60,585 nt of DNA, taken from the sequence record DRR723986_2358; one strand, given 5' to 3'. Below are positions 1-9,601 of this stretch, one piece after another. The notes under the pieces were generated by a model. The model made no database searches. It was not told where the DNA came from and worked only from the letters and a program-made list of their open reading frames with translations. The position numbers and the translations under genes are program-made. The stretch's first letter is position 1. Each line of letters starts with the position of its first letter.

Positions 1-118
1 AGTTGCGGCAGAAACCGGCGAGGTTCATCAACTCGATATTCTGCACGTCCTTGCGGCTGTCGAGGTGCTCCAGCAGGCGGCGGAATACCGCCGCCTCGAT
101 CTCAGTTGTCTCACTCAC
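1..118 (-). CDS. DUF1244-family small protein, N-terminal part (runs off the window edge)
   Basis: Manual translation from GTG at 118: MSETTEIEAAVFRRLLEHLDSRKDVQNIELMNLAGFCRN. AAGGAG RBS just upstream. The DVQNIxLMNLAGFCRN motif is recalled as typical of DUF1244. Not in the ORF track. Confidence 0.75.
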   Translation of the reverse strand, partial: MSETTEIEAAVFRRLLEHLDSRKDVQNIELMNLAGFCRN

Positions 119-164
119 TTGCTTCTCCTTGCTACGCCGATGATCCGCTGTCAGGGGACCCGTA

Positions 165-956
165 CTAGATTGGCATGAACTCGCCACCGTTCACATCCAG
201 CGCGGCGCCGGTGACGACACTGGCGTAGTCCGAGGCCAGGAAAACTGCCGCCTTGGCGCACTCCCCATCATCGGGAATGACACCCAAGGGGATACTGCGG
301 GTGACTTCAGCCACCAGCTCCTCAACCGGGCGGCCACTCTCCTGGGACTGCCAGGCGAAGTAGCCTTCCACTGCGGGACCCCACATCCAGCCCATATGGG
401 CACTGTTCACCCGGATGTTGTGCGGGCCGAGTTCCAGGGCGAGGTGCTTGGTCGCGGCGCGCAGGGCCGACTTGGAGGCGCCATAGCCGCCCTGGGTGGC
501 CAGAGGCTTGTGCTCCACCATCGTGGCAATCATCACGATAGCGCCACCACCGGCGGCCTTCATAGGCGGAATACAGGCCTGGGTAAGCTGCATCGTGCCG
601 AAAAAGTTAACGTCCATGGCCCGCCGCCAGCCGGAGAGATCGGCCGCCTCGATAGGCTCGAAATTGCCCGGGTCGTAGGCGCTGTTGAACAGGACATCGA
701 CCCGGCCGAATTCAGCGACGGTGCGATCAACCAGGGCCTGGCACTGCGCCGCGTCAGCGATATCGGTCGGCACCTTCAGCAAGGCCGTCTCCAGGCCCAG
801 GTCGCGAATCTCCTGTTCCGCCGTATCCAGCTTGGCCGGGGTCCGCGCAGCCATAACGACCGCTGCCGCACCTTCCTTTGCCGCCAGGGTCGAGAGTTCC
901 TGTCCCAGGCCGGGGCCGATCCCGGAAACAATGACAATTTTTCCTTTCAGTAACAT
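165..956 (-). CDS. short-chain dehydrogenase/reductase (SDR)
   Basis: SGIGPGLG glycine-rich motif, catalytic YGASK (YxxxK), C-terminal VTGAALDVNGG; GAGGAG RBS. Confidence 0.9.
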   Translation of the reverse strand: MLLKGKIVIVSGIGPGLGQELSTLAAKEGAAAVVMAARTPAKLDTAEQEIRDLGLETALLKVPTDIADAAQCQALVDRTVAEFGRVDVLFNSAYDPGNFEPIEAADLSGWRRAMDVNFFGTMQLTQACIPPMKAAGGGAIVMIATMVEHKPLATQGGYGASKSALRAATKHLALELGPHNIRVNSAHMGWMWGPAVEGYFAWQSQESGRPVEELVAEVTRSIPLGVIPDDGECAKAAVFLASDYASVVTGAALDVNGGEFMPI

Positions 957-1054
957 AGCCGTGCTCTCCTCGTGAGTTGTTATTCCTCAGGCTGAACCGC
1001 AGCTTCGCAGGGCAAACCGCCCGGCGCAGCACCCAAACGGGGGATCAGCGCATC

Positions 1055-1516
1055 TTATTCGCCGAGCAACAGCCGGCGCAGTGCATCACCTTGCCCCGGG
1101 AAGCGCCAGTTTGCACGCTGGAATTCCGCCAGCGGCAGCCAGTAGGCGCGGCTGATCTCGAACGGGGCTCCGGGGTCGATCGCGCCGGAGCCCGCATGTA
1201 TCTCGCAGTAGTAAAGATTGAAACCCGTATCGAAGGTCGCGATCCGCTGTCGGGGCATCAGGTCCAGCCCGGTTTCCTCGAGGGTTTCCCGGTGGGCCGC
1301 ACACTGGGCCGACTCGCCCTGCTGCGCACTGCCGCCCGGGGGGCCGACCTGCCCGCGCCCGTTCTCCACCACCAGCACCCGGCCATGCACTACTGCCAGG
1401 CAGCCGGCACTCGGCGCGTATTCGGGCGGCCCGGTATAGGGGCAGCGAACGGCGGACTGGCTGCAGGATTGCAGCAGAAGAATGGCCACCAGGCCGAGCG
1501 CTCGCCAGATCATCAT
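1055..1516 (-). CDS. NUDIX hydrolase with lipoprotein-like signal peptide
   Basis: Nudix box GGSAQQGESAQCAAHRETLEETGL; hydrophobic N-terminus ending LLLQSC. Confidence 0.8.
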   Translation of the reverse strand: MMIWRALGLVAILLLQSCSQSAVRCPYTGPPEYAPSAGCLAVVHGRVLVVENGRGQVGPPGGSAQQGESAQCAAHRETLEETGLDLMPRQRIATFDTGFNLYYCEIHAGSGAIDPGAPFEISRAYWLPLAEFQRANWRFPGQGDALRRLLLGE

Positions 1517-1542
1517 CCCGTGTCCACGGCCCGGGTACGGCC

Positions 1543-4500
1543 TCAGCCGTAGTTCAGGGACACCCGATCATTGCCGACGCAGTCGCGCAGCGCCTGTAAT
1601 AACTCATCCGAGGGCACGACCTGCCAGCGCTCGCCGCAGCGCACCCGGGCCCGGTTGTGAGGCTGGTTATAGACCAGGCACACGGGGCAGCTACCGCCGC
1701 GGGCGCTGGCCAGCGTTTCCTGCAGCCGCTCGGTGAAGCTGTCACACACCATATCGTTACTGATCTCGATAGTGAGCTCAGAGGCGTGGTCCTGGCGGGC
1801 CTGGTCGAGGCTGCGCGCACCCCGTGCCCGCATAACCAACCCGCCTGAATAATCGTCCTGGGCAATACGCCCCTCAATAATCACGATACGGTCCTTGACC
1901 AGCAGCTCACGGTGCTCGTTATAAGTCTCCGCGTACACGGTGACTTCGATCCGCGCACTGCGGTCATCGAGCTGCAGGATCGCCATCGTGCCGCGCTGGG
2001 TTTTCATGGTGCGACAGGACATGATCAATCCGGCGATCAGCTGGTCGCCCTGCTTGTCAGCCCGCAGGTCAACAATGCGGGTCGGCGCGAACTTGCGCAC
2101 TTCGGCCTCGTATTCATCAATCGGGTGGCCGGTGATGTACAGGCCGAGCGTATCCTTCTCGCCGCCCAGGCGCTCCTTGCCGGACCAGGGTCGCACCTGG
2201 CGCGCACCGGCGTAGACATCAACGTCGCCCCCGTTGGCAGCAGGCACGACCTCACCGAACAGGTCATCGATACCGGCATCGCGATTACTCGCAGCCTGCT
2301 CCGCCGCCTTCAGCGCGTCGTCGAGGCTGGCCATCAGGATCCAGCGCTCCGTTTGCAGCGAGTCAAAGGCGCCCGAGCGGATCAGCGCTTCGATTGCCCG
2401 GCGGTTCACCTTGCGCGGATCCGTGCGCGCGCAGAAATCGAACAGGTCAGTGAAGGGGCCATCCGCCTCACGGGTTAGCAGCATATTCTCGATCGGGCCT
2501 TCCCCGAGACCCTTGATCGCACCGAGGCCGTAGACGATCTCGTTGGCCCGGTTCACGGTGAACATATACTGCCCCTCGTTGAGATCGGGCAGCTTGAGCA
2601 CCAACTCCATGCGCCGGCACTCCTCGACGAACACCACGATCTTGTCGGTATTGTCGAGTTCCGAGCTCATGACCGCCGCCATGAACTGCGCGGGATAATG
2701 GGTTTTCAGCCAGGCGGTCTGGTAAGACACCAGCGCATAGGCGGCGGAGTGGGACTTGTTGAAACCATAGCCGGCAAACTTTTCCACCAGGTCGAAGATC
2801 TTTACCGCCAGGTCTCCGTCGATGCCCTTGTCGCGCGCACCTTCCTCGAACACGGCGCGCTGCTTGGCCATTTCCTCCGGCTTTTTCTTGCCCATTGCCC
2901 GCCGCAGCAAATCAGCGCCGCCCAGCGTATAGCCGGCAAGTTCCTGGGCAATCTGCATCACCTGCTCCTGGTAGAGGATGATGCCGTAGGTGGGTTCCAG
3001 AATCGGCTTGAGCAGCTCGTGCTGGTATTCGTGATCGGGGTAGGCGATAGCCTCCCGGCCGTGCTTGCGGTTGATGAAGTTATCGACCATGCCCGACTGC
3101 AGGGGCCCGGGACGGAACAGGGCGACCAGGGCGATGATGTCCTCGAAGCAGTCCGGCCGCAGGCGGGCGATCAGTTCTTTCATGCCGCGGGATTCCAGCT
3201 GGAACACCGCGGTAGTCTCGGCCTCCTGCAACAGCTTGAAGCTGGCGGCATCGTCGAGCGGCAACTGCATGATATCCAGGGGCGGCTCACCGCCGCGCTG
3301 GCGGCCGTCGTTGATCATCCGCACCGCCCAGTCGATGATCGTGAGCGTGCGCAAGCCGAGGAAATCGAACTTGACCAGGCCGGCGTCCTCGACGTCGCCC
3401 TTGTCGTACTGGGTCACCAGCCCGCCGCCGCTGTCGTCGCAGAACAGGGGGGAGAAATCGGTGAGCCGTGAGGGCGCAATAACCACGCCACCTGCGTGCT
3501 TGCCGACGTTGCGGGTTATCCCCTCCAACTGTACGGCCATGTCCCAGATCTCCTGGGCCTGGGCGTCATCGCGCAGGAACTCCTGCAGCGGCTGCTCCTG
3601 TTCCAGGGCCTTGGACAGGGTCATGCCGACCTCGAAGGGAATCATCTTCGACAGCTTGTCTGCCAGCCCATAGGGCTTGTCCTGTACCCGGGCCACATCA
3701 CGCACCACAGCCCGCGCCGCCATGGTGCCGAAGGTGATAATTTGCGAGACCGCCTCGCGACCATAGGTATCGGCCACGTAGTCGATCACCCGGTCGCGTT
3801 TTTCCATGCAGAAATCAACGTCGAAGTCGGGCATGGATACCCGTTCCGGATTGAGGAAGCGCTCGAACAGCAGGTCGTAGGCAATCGGGTCGAGATCGGT
3901 AATCTCCAGGGCATAAGCCACCAGCGATCCGGCGCCGGAGCCGCGCCCGGGGCCCACGGGAATGTCATGCTGCTTGGCCCAGTGGATGAAGTCCATAACG
4001 ATGAGAAAATAGCCGGGAAAGCCCATCTGGATGATGGTATCCAGCTCAAATTCCAGGCGCTCACGGTACTCCTCAACTCGGGCAGCCGCCGCCTCTGGCT
4101 CCAGCTCTGGCAAGGTGGCCAGACGCTGGTCCAGCCCCGCATGCGACAGCTGGCGGAAGTACTCATCCATGGTCAGGCCTTCCGGCACCGGGTAATCCGG
4201 CAGGAATGGCTTGCCCAGTTCCAGCAGCACGTTGCAGCGCCTGGCAATCTCGACCGTGTTGGCAATCGCCTCCGGCAGATCCGAGAACAGCTCCAGCATT
4301 TCCTCTGTGGAGCGCAGGTACTGCTGGTCGGTATAGGGTCGCGGACGCCGCGGGTCGTCGAGGGTGCGCCCCTCGCCAATGCAGAAGCGCGCTTCATGCG
4401 CCTCGAACTCCCCGGCATCGAGAAAACGTACGTCGTTGGTTGCCACTACCGGGCAGCCGGCTTCAGTCGCCAGGGCCACCGCGGCGTGGAGGTGGTCCTC

Positions 4501-5028
4501 GTCCCCCTCGCGTCCCGTCCGATGCAGCTCGAGGTAAAAGCGCTGCGGGTAGATTGTCATCCACTGGGCCAGGCGCTCGGACGCCAGGTCGGTCTTGCCG
4601 CCCACAAGGGCCTGGCCGACATCGCCCAGGGCACCGGCCGACAGGGCGATAACACCCTCGGCATGCTGTGCCAGCCAGGCCTGCTCCACCTGCGGCACGC
4701 CCAGGCGCTGGCCCTCGGTGTAGGCGCGGGAAATCAGGATAGTCAGGTTGTGGTAGCCGGCCTGGTTCATGGCCAGCAGGCACAGCGGATAGGTGCGCTC
4801 ACCGTCGGCGGCATCGCGCACGTGCAGGTCCACCCCGAAAATCGGCTTCACACCGGCGGCGAACGCGGCCTTGTAGACCTTGATCAGGCCGAAGAAATTA
4901 CTGACATCAGTGACCGCTACTGCCGGCATACCCAGCTCGGCCACGCGGCTTACCAGTGGCCCGACCCGGACCAGTCCATCGACCAGGGAGTATTCAGTAT
5001 GCAGTCTGAGATGAACAAATTCGGGCAT
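1543..5028 (-). CDS. dnaE: DNA polymerase III alpha subunit
   Basis: FVHLRLHTEYSLVDG PHP start, GRGSGAGS, SMPDFDVDF, FAGYGFNKSHSAAY; 1161 aa; follows rnhB. Confidence 0.98.
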   Translation of the reverse strand: MPEFVHLRLHTEYSLVDGLVRVGPLVSRVAELGMPAVAVTDVSNFFGLIKVYKAAFAAGVKPIFGVDLHVRDAADGERTYPLCLLAMNQAGYHNLTILISRAYTEGQRLGVPQVEQAWLAQHAEGVIALSAGALGDVGQALVGGKTDLASERLAQWMTIYPQRFYLELHRTGREGDEDHLHAAVALATEAGCPVVATNDVRFLDAGEFEAHEARFCIGEGRTLDDPRRPRPYTDQQYLRSTEEMLELFSDLPEAIANTVEIARRCNVLLELGKPFLPDYPVPEGLTMDEYFRQLSHAGLDQRLATLPELEPEAAAARVEEYRERLEFELDTIIQMGFPGYFLIVMDFIHWAKQHDIPVGPGRGSGAGSLVAYALEITDLDPIAYDLLFERFLNPERVSMPDFDVDFCMEKRDRVIDYVADTYGREAVSQIITFGTMAARAVVRDVARVQDKPYGLADKLSKMIPFEVGMTLSKALEQEQPLQEFLRDDAQAQEIWDMAVQLEGITRNVGKHAGGVVIAPSRLTDFSPLFCDDSGGGLVTQYDKGDVEDAGLVKFDFLGLRTLTIIDWAVRMINDGRQRGGEPPLDIMQLPLDDAASFKLLQEAETTAVFQLESRGMKELIARLRPDCFEDIIALVALFRPGPLQSGMVDNFINRKHGREAIAYPDHEYQHELLKPILEPTYGIILYQEQVMQIAQELAGYTLGGADLLRRAMGKKKPEEMAKQRAVFEEGARDKGIDGDLAVKIFDLVEKFAGYGFNKSHSAAYALVSYQTAWLKTHYPAQFMAAVMSSELDNTDKIVVFVEECRRMELVLKLPDLNEGQYMFTVNRANEIVYGLGAIKGLGEGPIENMLLTREADGPFTDLFDFCARTDPRKVNRRAIEALIRSGAFDSLQTERWILMASLDDALKAAEQAASNRDAGIDDLFGEVVPAANGGDVDVYAGARQVRPWSGKERLGGEKDTLGLYITGHPIDEYEAEVRKFAPTRIVDLRADKQGDQLIAGLIMSCRTMKTQRGTMAILQLDDRSARIEVTVYAETYNEHRELLVKDRIVIIEGRIAQDDYSGGLVMRARGARSLDQARQDHASELTIEISNDMVCDSFTERLQETLASARGGSCPVCLVYNQPHNRARVRCGERWQVVPSDELLQALRDCVGNDRVSLNYG

Positions 5029-5037
5029 GCCGAAATT

Positions 5038-5655
5038 CTACTCCGGGCCTTCGCCGGCTAACAGTCTTTTCACCGGGGCGAAGCTTTTTCGATGCACCGG
5101 CGTCACCCCGAGCTCGCGCAGGGCCGCCAGGTGGGTGGGCGTGGGGTAGCCCTTGTGGGTGGCGAAACCATAGCCCGGATACACGGCCTCCAGGGCCACC
5201 AGCTCCGCATCGCGCTGCACCTTGGCGAGAATCGAGGCCGCGGCGATCGCCGGCACCCGGTCGTCGCCCTTGATAACCGGCTCCGCCGCATAGTCCCAGC
5301 GCGGCAGCCGGTTGCCGTCTACAAGCACATAGCCGGGCTGCGGGGCCAGCGCCTCCACCGCCCTGCGCATGGCCAGCAGCGAGGCCTGGAGGATATTCAG
5401 TTCATCAATCTCAGCAACGCTGGCCCGGGCCACCGACCAGGCCAGCGCCCTGTCCCTGATCTCCAGCGCCAGGGCCTCACGTCGCGCCTCAGTGAGCTTT
5501 TTTGAATCGCGCAGTCCAGTCACCGGGCGGTCCGGATCGAGAATGACCGCCGCGGCGACCACATCACCCGCCAGCGGCCCCCTGCCCACCTCGTCGACGC
5601 CGGCTACCAGCCCCGCGTGGGTCGATTCATAGTCGAAACTGAACAGATCACTCAT
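5038..5655 (-). CDS. rnhB: ribonuclease HII
   Basis: [33 protein letters not shown]; lies between lpxB and dnaE. Confidence 0.97.
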   Translation of the reverse strand: MSDLFSFDYESTHAGLVAGVDEVGRGPLAGDVVAAAVILDPDRPVTGLRDSKKLTEARREALALEIRDRALAWSVARASVAEIDELNILQASLLAMRRAVEALAPQPGYVLVDGNRLPRWDYAAEPVIKGDDRVPAIAAASILAKVQRDAELVALEAVYPGYGFATHKGYPTPTHLAALRELGVTPVHRKSFAPVKRLLAGEGPE

Positions 5656-6803
5656 GAAGCGTTGTGATCCCGCAACAGCTCCAGCAGGGCCTCGGCGCTG
5701 CGCTGGGCAAAATCACAGCGCAGTGATTCATGGATCACGGCAAACCGGTCCTGCTGGGCGGCTCCCCGGCTGTCGAGGAGCTGGCTCACTGCGTCAGCCA
5801 TAGCTTCCGGCCTGGCCGCATCCTGCAATAGCTCGGGTACGACGGCCTCGCCGGCGAGAATATTGGGCAGGGCCACGAAGCGGGTAGTCGCCATACGGCT
5901 GACCAGGGCCCAGGACAGGGCGGCCATGCGGTAGGCCACGACCATGGGCCGCTTCAACAACAGGGCCTCCAGGGTCGCGGTGCCCGAGGCCATCAGCACC
6001 GCATCCGCCGCCAGCATGACTTCCCGGGAGCGGCCCTCGGTCACCCTTACCGGCAACTCGGGCCAGTCCTGCAGCAACTGCGCCAGTTGCTCCCCGCGGG
6101 CCGCACTGGCGGCGGGCATGAGCAAGGTCAGCCCGGGGTGGCGCTCGCGCAACAGGCTCGCCGCTGCCAGGAAAAGCGGCGCCAAGCGGGCAAGCTCCCC
6201 ACTGCGGCTGCCGGGCAGCAGGGCGAGCACCTGCTCGCCTACGGCGAGCCCCAAAGCCTCGCGGGCAGACGCCTGATCGGGTGCCAGCGGAATTTCATCC
6301 GCCAGTGGATGGCCGACAAAACGCGCCGGGATGCCATGCTCCGCATAAAGCGGCAGCTCGAAGGGAAACAGGCACAGCATGAGGTCGACCGAGCGGCCGA
6401 TCTTGTGAATCCGCCGCTGGCGCCAGGCCCAGACGGAGGGACTGACCAGGTGGGCGGTGGGCACCCCCCAGGCGCGCAGCTTGCGCTCGAGGTACAGGTT
6501 GAAATCGGGTGCATCGATACCCAGGAACAGGTCAGGCGGGTGCAGGCGGAAATGTTCAAACAGCGCGCCGCGGATGCGCAACAGGCCGGGCAGGCGTTTC
6601 AGGGGCTCAACCAGGCCCATCACCGAGAGGCGGTCCATCGGGAACAGGCTGGACAGGCCCTGGGCCTCCATCAGCGGCCCACCGATACCCTCTACGACCA
6701 GATCCGGATAGCGCTGGCGCAGGGCGGCAAGCACTCGCGATCCGAGGATGTCCCCCGAGGCTTCGCCGGCCACCACGCCGATGCGGAGGCTGGCGCGAGA
6801 CAC
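5652..6803 (-). CDS. lpxB: lipid-A-disaccharide synthase
   Basis: [36 protein letters not shown]. Confidence 0.97.
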   Translation of the reverse strand: MSRASLRIGVVAGEASGDILGSRVLAALRQRYPDLVVEGIGGPLMEAQGLSSLFPMDRLSVMGLVEPLKRLPGLLRIRGALFEHFRLHPPDLFLGIDAPDFNLYLERKLRAWGVPTAHLVSPSVWAWRQRRIHKIGRSVDLMLCLFPFELPLYAEHGIPARFVGHPLADEIPLAPDQASAREALGLAVGEQVLALLPGSRSGELARLAPLFLAAASLLRERHPGLTLLMPAASAARGEQLAQLLQDWPELPVRVTEGRSREVMLAADAVLMASGTATLEALLLKRPMVVAYRMAALSWALVSRMATTRFVALPNILAGEAVVPELLQDAARPEAMADAVSQLLDSRGAAQQDRFAVIHESLRCDFAQRSAEALLELLRDHNAS

Positions 6804-7573
6804 TAGCGGACGATACCGCGCTCCGAGGCGCGAATGGAATCGATGAGCACCTGGATCTCGGGTGTGTCGCTGAGCATGGTTTCCAGACGCTGCAGGGCAA
6901 GGTCCAGGGTCAGGCCCTGGCGGTAGAGGATCTTGAAGGCTCGCCGCAGCTGGCCGATGGCATCCGAGGAGAAGCCGCGCCGACGCAAGCCCTCGATGTT
7001 GATGGTCTTGGCCTCGGCCGGGGAGCCACTGACGGTGACATAGGCCGGGACGTCCTTGCCGATCGCCGTACCCATGCCACTGAACGAGTGGGCGCCGATT
7101 TTGCAGAACTGGTGCACCAGGGTATAGCCGCTGAGGATCGCCCAGTCGCCCACGTGCACATGGCCCGCCAGGGCGGCGTTATTAACCAGGATGGTGTGAT
7201 TGCCGATCACACTGTCGTGCCCGATATGGACATAGGCCATGATCAGGTTGCCATTACCGATGATAGTTTCAGCTCGATCCTGCACCGTGCCGCGATGGAT
7301 GGTGACGTTTTCCCGGATGATATTGTTGTCGCCGATGGTCAGGCGGGTGGGTTCGTCGCGGTACTTCAGGTCCGGCGTGGCCTCGCCGATAGAGGAAAAC
7401 TGGTAGACATGGTTCCCCGCGCCAATGGTGGTCGGTCCGCGGATAACCACGTGGGGCTCAATGATGGTACCCGGGCCAATCTCGACATCGGGCCCGATCA
7501 ACGACCAGGGTCCGACGCTAACGTCATCCGCGAGACGCGCGGCAGGGTCAACGATGGCCTGGCTGTGAATCAT
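6803..7573 (-). CDS. lpxA: UDP-N-acetylglucosamine O-acyltransferase
   Basis: Hexapeptide repeats, [34 protein letters not shown]; synteny. Confidence 0.97.
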   Translation of the reverse strand: MIHSQAIVDPAARLADDVSVGPWSLIGPDVEIGPGTIIEPHVVIRGPTTIGAGNHVYQFSSIGEATPDLKYRDEPTRLTIGDNNIIRENVTIHRGTVQDRAETIIGNGNLIMAYVHIGHDSVIGNHTILVNNAALAGHVHVGDWAILSGYTLVHQFCKIGAHSFSGMGTAIGKDVPAYVTVSGSPAEAKTINIEGLRRRGFSSDAIGQLRRAFKILYRQGLTLDLALQRLETMLSDTPEIQVLIDSIRASERGIVR

Positions 7574-8007
7574 GCCTTGCGATCAGCGCACAGAATTGTG
7601 GCGGAGGCGCACAGCTCGCCGTCAACATCGGCGCTGACCGCGAATTTCCAGATCCCGCGACGTTCACCGAGGATTCTGGCGCGCAGCATGACCCGGTCGC
7701 CAGGAATGCAGGGGCGCTTGAAGCGCAGGTCATCGGCGCCGACAAAATAATAGATCGAGCCGTCCGCCGGCGTCTTGTCCATGGTCTTGAAGCCGAGGAT
7801 ACCCGCAGCCTGGGCCATCGCCTCGAGCAGCAGTACGCCGGGAAATACCGCCTTGCCCGGGAAGTGGCCGTCAAAGAAAGGCTCGTTAACCGTCAGGTTC
7901 TTGTAGGCGACAATCGATTCGCCCAGTTCGAGCTCCACGACCCGGTCGACCAGCAGGAAAGGATAGCGATGAGGCAGGGTCTGGCGAATTTCCTCGACGT
8001 CTATCAT
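7570..8007 (-). CDS. fabZ: 3-hydroxyacyl-ACP dehydratase
   Basis: [33 protein letters not shown]. Confidence 0.97.
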   Translation of the reverse strand: MIDVEEIRQTLPHRYPFLLVDRVVELELGESIVAYKNLTVNEPFFDGHFPGKAVFPGVLLLEAMAQAAGILGFKTMDKTPADGSIYYFVGADDLRFKRPCIPGDRVMLRARILGERRGIWKFAVSADVDGELCASATILCADRKA

Positions 8008-9044
8008 TAACTGTCCTCTTCCTGGTCCGTGTCGTTCTGAATGAGCTTTTCCAACTCATTCACCCGCTTGTTGAGTGATTCCAGCTGGGTGATACGCGCG
8101 GCGACACGCGTCCAGTCCCGGCTTGGCAGCAGGTGTGTACCGGAGGTGTAGGCGCCGGGCGCATCAATCGAGCGCAGCACGCGACCCTGGCCCGCAACAT
8201 GCACGTTGTCGCAGATCACCACGTGATCCGCGACGCCTACCTGCCCCGCAAAGGTGCAGTTCTCCCCAATAATCGTGCTTCCGGCGATACCCACGCAACC
8301 GGCGATCGCGGTATTTTTGCCGATGCGGCAGTTGTGCGCGATATGGACCTGGTTATCGATAATCACCCCGTCGGCAATCACCGTATCACCGAGCGCACCG
8401 CGATCGATGGAGCAACTGGCACCGATCTCCACCCGATCACCGATCTTCACACCGCCGAGCTGACAGATCTTTTCCCAGCCATCGGGACCCGGTGCGAAAC
8501 CGAAACCGTCAGAACCGATGGCGGTCAGGCTGTGGATTGTGCAGAGCTTGCCGATCATCACCCCGTGGTAAATGACCGCCTTGGCATGGATACGGGTGCC
8601 TGACCCGACCTGTGTCCCGTGGCCAATATAAGCGCCCGCGCCGATCGAGACGCCGTCGCCCAGTACCGCACCAGATTCGACACAGGCATGGGGGCCGACA
8701 CTGACATCCGCGCCAAGCTGCGCATCCTCCGCGACTACTGCCGTGGGATGCACTCCCGGCACGCTCGCGGGTCGGTTATCAAATACCTGACTGGCCCGGG
8801 CGAAGCTCAGGTAGGGATTGTTCGAGAGCAGGTAGTCCCCGCTGCGCTCATCAATCCAGTCGGCATTGATGATCACTGCCCCGGCCCGGCTCACAGCCAG
8901 GCCGGGCAGGTACTTTTTTGCAGAAACGAAGCTGAGGTGCTCCGGCCCCGCCGAGTCCAGCGGAGCCAGGCCGGCAATCGGCCGCCCGGGGTCCCCGGAC
9001 AGTTCAAGCCCGAGCCTGGCCGCCAGGTCCCCGAGTGCAATCAC
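8007..9044 (-). CDS. lpxD: UDP-3-O-(3-hydroxyacyl)glucosamine N-acyltransferase
   Basis: [28 protein letters not shown], hexapeptide repeats; synteny. Confidence 0.96.
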   Translation of the reverse strand: MIALGDLAARLGLELSGDPGRPIAGLAPLDSAGPEHLSFVSAKKYLPGLAVSRAGAVIINADWIDERSGDYLLSNNPYLSFARASQVFDNRPASVPGVHPTAVVAEDAQLGADVSVGPHACVESGAVLGDGVSIGAGAYIGHGTQVGSGTRIHAKAVIYHGVMIGKLCTIHSLTAIGSDGFGFAPGPDGWEKICQLGGVKIGDRVEIGASCSIDRGALGDTVIADGVIIDNQVHIAHNCRIGKNTAIAGCVGIAGSTIIGENCTFAGQVGVADHVVICDNVHVAGQGRVLRSIDAPGAYTSGTHLLPSRDWTRVAARITQLESLNKRVNELEKLIQNDTDQEEDS

Positions 9045-9053
9045 AGCGCGCGC

Positions 9054-9572
9054 TTACTCGGCGGGCAGCTGGTTGAGCTTGTCGGTCACCTTGGCCGTGA
9101 TGCTGTAGCCCGCGTCCGCGTGGATCACCGAGGAGCGCTGCAGCAACAGGCCAATGCCTTCGGTCGCGATCAATTCGCGCAGCACGTCCTGAACCCGTGG
9201 TGACATCTCCTGGAGCAGCATCTGGCCTGCCATCTGCTCGGCCTGCTGCAGCTTGCCGGTAACATGCTCAAGATCAGCCTGCTTGTTGGCCAGCTTCTGG
9301 CGCGCGGCCACCTGCTGTTCCTGGCTCATGGCAGCGGCGTCCTTCTGGAAGCTCTTCACCAGTTCGTCGAACTCGCCTTTCAGGCGATCGAACTCAGCCT
9401 TGTCCGCCTTGTAGTCATCGCCATTACGCACTTCGGTGAGGCGCTTCTGGGCGAGATCGGTCTGCAGAATCGCCTCCTGCAGATTGACCACGGCGATCTT
9501 GCCCTGGGCAAAGCCCAGCACGGGGAAAGCCAGGGCGACCACCGCTACGAGGGTTTTCAGATAGTTAGACAC
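9054..9572 (-). CDS. skp: periplasmic chaperone Skp/OmpH
   Basis: Signal peptide then KIAVVNLQ, coiled-coil body; between bamA and lpxD. Start moved to GTG 9572 because GGAG lies just upstream (ORF track starts at 9584). Confidence 0.9.
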   Translation of the reverse strand: MSNYLKTLVAVVALAFPVLGFAQGKIAVVNLQEAILQTDLAQKRLTEVRNGDDYKADKAEFDRLKGEFDELVKSFQKDAAAMSQEQQVAARQKLANKQADLEHVTGKLQQAEQMAGQMLLQEMSPRVQDVLRELIATEGIGLLLQRSSVIHADAGYSITAKVTDKLNQLPAE

Positions 9573-9601
9573 ATTACACTCCATACATCGTTCAAAGAAA
9601 A

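Noticed and set aside
1543..5028. Possible intein or split in dnaE
   Set aside because: Length (1161 aa) and continuous motifs match an uninterrupted DnaE1
3496..5061. 521-aa plus-strand ORF, and similar long antisense ORFs (6509-7750, 31746-33032, 55677-56918, 48519-49517)
   Set aside because: They lie opposite well-supported genes and have no recognisable motifs; typical shadow ORFs in GC-rich coding DNA
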